Under the pieces are notes generated by a model. It was not told where the DNA came from, did not search any database, and worked only from the letters and a program-made list of their open reading frames with translations. Positions 59,412 through 64,000 of a DNA stretch of 64,000 bases are shown here, one piece after another. A program made the position numbers and the translations under genes. Source of the DNA: a virus (lineage: Duplodnaviria > Caudoviricetes); IMG/VR virus record IMGVR_UViG_3300001528_000285, positions 1,381 through 65,380 of that record; one strand, written 5' to 3'. Each line of letters begins with the position of its first letter. Within the stretch, counting starts at the first letter, position 1.

Positions 59412-61992
59412 TTATTGTTTTATAGCATTAGCTTGTAACCAAGTAAGTAAATCACCAGAAGGAGTTTCTTTAAAAACAAAAATAGGTATATTAGATGCAA
59501 TGTATTCAACGGATGTTCCATCTACATATATGAGAGTATAACCAATGGAATTATCATAACTAAATTGAATAAGATCTCCTTCTTCAGATCCATTATTATC
59601 TACACTAAATTCAACATCAAAAGTGACAGATTCAGTAGGATTATTTATTATTAACCAGCGTTTACGGGGGTAAACGCCACAGCCTGATACGTAACATAAA
59701 CCTGAATACTATCTGTAGGAACAGTTTCCGCAGTAAATGTTAAAGTATTAGCACCCTGTCCTGTACACAGAATTCCTGCTTCATTATATGCAGACATACT
59801 TGCTGCAGTAGGCATAGGAATAACCATCTGTGTAGATTCATCTGCAGTAATACCTGCGACTGTAACTGACTGAGTTTTAGCCGTAGAATCCCAGGAAGAA
59901 GCTGAGAGTGTAACAAGAGTAGCCTTAGGTAAATAGTAATTATCCATGATATTGAATAAGGTTGATTTAGAGAAGTAAGCAACTTTACTATTATATTCAT
60001 AATTATAATATGTGTTACCATCACCATCAGTATACTCTATTTCAAGTGCATAAAATCCTACAGCTACATATTTACCATCACCATAGCACACAAATTGCCA
60101 CTCATCATCACTAGGTAATGTACTAGCAATCCATGTAATACCATCAGTAGAGTAAGCAGCTTTACCACCACCATTTGCTACAGCTACAAATTTACCATTG
60201 CCATAACAAACGGAATGCCAATAAGCACTACTAAGTAATGTGCTTGCAGTCCATGTAATACCATCAGATGAGTAAGCAGCTTTAGTACTATTATATGCTA
60301 TAGCTACATATCTACCATTACCATAGCACATAGAACTCCAATTACCATTACTAGGTAATGTACTAGCAATCCATGTAATACCATCAGTAGAATAAGCAGC
60401 TTTATTACTACCATTTGCTACAGCTACAAACTTACCATCACCATAACACACAGAACTCCAATAAGCACTACTAGGTAATGTACTAGCAGTCCAGTACTAG
60501 CAGTCCATGTAATACCATCAGTAGAGTAAGCAGCTTTAGTACCATTATCTGCTACAGTTACAAACTTACCATCACCATAACATACAGAATACCACTGAGC
60601 ACTACTAGGTAATGTACTAGCAGTCCATGTAATACCATCAGTAGAATAAGCAGCTTTATTACTAATACGTGCTACAGTTACAAACTTACCATCACCATAA
60701 CACACAGAATACCAACGATCATTACTAGGTAATGTTGTTTCAGTCCATGTAATACCATCAGTAGAATAAGCAGCTTTATTACTATTATATGCTACAGCTA
60801 CATATTTACCATTACCATAACACACAGAATACCATTCAGCATCACTAGGTAATGTACTAGCAGTCCATACATATTCAATAGGATTTACATTGAGTAAATC
60901 AGTATCAGCTTTAGTATTTAATTTTTCAGTAATAATTTTCTGAGTTATAGTGCCATCGGTATTAGTACCAATATTACTGTAAAGTTTAGTTAAACCTAAA
61001 GTACTATAAGTAGCTTGTTTAGGTAAATCATTTGTTTTAGCAAAAATATAGTCATTATATTCTAATATATTATTAAATGAAGTAGAATAAGCAGCTTTAG
61101 TATTATTATTATCTGTTAAAGCTACAAATTTACCATCACCATAACACACAGAACCCCAACTAGCACTACTAGGTAATGTACTTGCAGTCCATGTAATACC
61201 ATCAGTAGAATAAGCAGCCTTAGTACTATTATTATAGCCAGCTACAGCTACAAACTTACCATCACCATAACACACAGAATACCAACTAGCACTACTAGGT
61301 AATGTGCTTGCAGTCCATGTAATACCATCAGTAGAATAAGCAGCTTTAGTACTATTACTAGCTGATATAGCTACATATTTATCATTACCATAACACACAG
61401 ATTGCCAATTAGCACTACTAGGTAATGTACTTTCAGTCCATGTAATACCATCAGTAGAGTAAGCAACTTTAGTACTACCATATGCTATAGCTACATATTT
61501 ACCATTACCATAGCATACAGAATACCAAGTAGCACTACTAGGTAATGTGCTTGCAGTCCATGTAATACCATCAGTAGAATAAGCAGCTATAGTACTATTA
61601 GCTGATACAGCTACAAACTTACCATCACCATAACACACAGATCTCCAATTAGCACTACTAGGTAATGTACTTTCAGTCCATGTAATACCATCAGTAGAGT
61701 AAGCAGCTTTAGTACTATTAGCTGATACAGTTACAAACTTACCATCACCATAACATACAGAATTCCAACTATTTCTACTAGGTAATGTACTAGCAGTCCA
61801 TGTAATACCATCAGTAGAGTAAGCAGCTTTATCACTACTACTATATGCTACAGTTACAAACTTACCATCACCATAACATACAGATTCCCAATAAGCACTA
61901 CTAGGTAATGTACTTTCAGTCCATGTAATACCATCTGGTACCTTTGTATTTAATAAATTTATATCAGCTTTATTTTGCATACCAATTAACAT
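59412..61992 (-). pseudogene. Asp-box beta-propeller repeat protein with one clear and one possible frameshift
   Basis: A 14-bp tandem duplication at 60480-60507 separates ORFs 60424-61992 and 59651-60451. A start-less ORF at 59412-59670 joins in frame if C5 at 59666-59670 is C6. Confidence 0.65.
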
Positions 61993-62173
61993 ATATTTTT
62001 AACACTCCTTTCATTTAAAAACGAGTAATTTATTTCTATATCAATATATTTCGTATTACCATATTGTTTTATAAATACAATATTCCAAAATTTTATTTAT
62101 ATTTTTTATAAATAATAGAATGGATATACGAGGATTTTTTCTCCTCGTATATCCATTCTATTTTTATATTTTT

Positions 62174-62476
62174 TTATTCAATTACAGTAGCTTCGCCTTC
62201 AATGATGTTCTCGTCCATCATTTCATGCTCGTCAACATGAGGAACCCAATCAGGATTCTCAACAATCTGACCATCCTTAACCATATACTTACTATAGTCA
62301 TCACCAAGGCCTTCAACCTGTTCCTTAGTAACTTCCATATACTCAGCATGAACATTCTCAGGATAAATCAGTGTATAAGTTCCATTAATACCAGCCTCTA
62401 AGCTAGTACCATTTCTACGAACATTATCAACTTCACGGAAAATACTACCATCAGTAGTGCAATAAATAAGATACAT
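62174..62476 (-). CDS. Hypothetical protein
   Basis: RBS AAGGAGG before ATG 62476. Confidence 0.7.
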   Translation of the reverse strand: MYLIYCTTDGSIFREVDNVRRNGTSLEAGINGTYTLIYPENVHAEYMEVTKEQVEGLGDDYSKYMVKDGQIVENPDWVPHVDEHEMMDENIIEGEATVIE

Positions 62477-62608
62477 AATAATTATATCCTCCTTAAAAAA
62501 TTTATTATATATAAGTTTATCATATAATAAAGAAAGATAAATACACATGATAAAAAAGATATATGAGGGAAAATGAAATCCCTCATATATCTTAAAAATA
62601 CATGAAAA

Positions 62609-64000
62609 TTAAAGAATAATGATATTAACAGGAATATCTTCCGTAGGAACAGTAGAGCATGTAAACGTAAGCTCACCATCGCCTTCAGAAACAACGATAT
62701 TCGCGGAATTATAAATAACTTGCTTAGCTTTAGCCGGGGATGTGAAGCAAAGATTAGTATCTGTTACTTCCGGAATGGTGAGTGTAATAGATTTATTAGA
62801 CCAAGCAGAAACTGAGAGAGTTTTCTGTAAAATGGTCTTACGAACATAATAATCATCCATGGTATTAAAGAAAGTGGTTTTAGAGAAATAAGCAGATATA
62901 GTACTATAATATGATATAGCTACAAACTTGCCATCACCATAACATATAGATGCCCAACTACCATTAGGTAATGTACTAACAGTCCAATTAATACCATCAG
63001 TAGAGTAAGCAGCCCTATTACTATTATTATATGATACAGCTACAAACTTACCATCACCATAACACACAGAATTCCAAAAATTATCACTAGGTAATGTACT
63101 TTCAATCCATGTAATACCATCCGTAGAGTAAGCCGCTCCATTACTATTATTTGCTACAGCTACATATTTCTCATTACCATAACACACAGAATACCACATA
63201 TCACTACTAGGTAATGTACTTTCAATCCATGTAATACCATCAGTAGAATAAGCAGCTATATTACTATCATATCCTACAGCCACAAACTTACCATCACCAT
63301 AACATATAGATGCCCAACTACCATAACTAGGTAATGTACTAACAGTCCAATTAATACCATCAGTAGAGTAAACAACTATATCACTATTATATGCTATAGC
63401 TACATATTTACCATTACCATAACATACAGAACGCCAATTAGCACTACTAGGTAATGTACTTTCATTCCATGTAATACCATCAGTAGAATAAGCAGCTTTA
63501 TTACTACCATCAGCTAGAGTAAACAACTATATCACTATCATTTGCTATAGCTACAAATTTACCATCACCATAGCACACGGAAATCCAAGTAGCACTACTA
63601 GGCAATGTAATAGCAGTCCAATTATATTCAATAGGATTTGTATTAGATAAATCAGTATTAGCTTTAGTGTTTATTTTATTATTAATATTTGTATTTAAGG
63701 TATTAATAGCATTCTGAGTCATAGCACCATCAGTATTAGTACCAATACTAGTATAAAGTTTAGTTAAACCAGCTTCATTAGTGTTTCCTAATGATTTATC
63801 AGCATATTTTTTATCTGTATATAATAAGAAACTACTTAAATATACATAAGCTGATTTATTATTACTATATGCTACAGCCACATATTTACCATCACCATAA
63901 CACACAGAAAACCACTGAGCACTACTAGGTAATGTACTTTCAGTCCATGTAATACCATCAGTAGAGTAAGCAACTTTAGTACTATAATATGCTACAGCTA
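62609..64000 (-). pseudogene. Second Asp-box beta-propeller repeat gene, 5' end outside the window, frameshifted near 63515
   Basis: STDGITW repeats run to the window edge; the frame breaks at DIVVYS|ADGSNK. Confidence 0.65.

Noticed and set aside
1-64000. Stop-codon reassignment, as in some gut jumbo phages
   Set aside because: Conserved enzymes (PPK1, RNAP, Dcd, RT) are full length in the standard code; breaks are explained by introns or indels.
1-64000. tRNA or rRNA genes
   Set aside because: No cloverleaf with T-loop GTTCRA and matching acceptor stem was seen; GTTCAAC hits belong to intron cores. Manual scan only.
50905-64000. Additional DGR variable repeats in other tail genes
   Set aside because: The GC anchor GGCGTGCGCCCC was seen only in the TR and the one VR. 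A computational search is still needed.
1-64000. Self-targets for the TIGR spacers within this window
   Set aside because: 9-nt matches are expected by chance, and I could not run the paired 18-bp search by eye; no claim is made.

Overview
AT-rich 64-kb segment of a jumbo bacteriophage genome, most similar in gene content to AR9/PBS1-type phages that carry their own multisubunit RNA polymerases. The host is probably a Firmicute (Clostridia-like), inferred from strong AGGAG ribosome-binding sites, XkdX/CD1375-type small tail genes and an Amidase_3-SH3b endolysin. The left half (mostly + strand) encodes nucleotide and DNA metabolism (dNMP kinase, PhoH, tandem ThyX, RNase H, dCTP deaminase, polyphosphate kinase 1), virion proteins and two RNA polymerase beta-prime subunits. 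One of these subunits is split by five group I introns, and I reconstruct a 480-aa spliced product. The right half (- strand) is a late tail/lysis region with a radical SAM CXXX-repeat modification operon, a complete diversity-generating retroelement (DGR) and several repeat-rich tail genes broken by frameshifts. The standout is at 1.8-3.1 kb: a gene that looks like an IS110 transposase but lacks the nuclease domain sits directly behind an array of two alternating 9-nt repeats and 9-nt spacers (36-nt period). This matches the architecture of a TIGR-Tas RNA-guided system with a nuclease-less TasA-like effector. All family assignments are from motif recognition by eye; no database searches were run.
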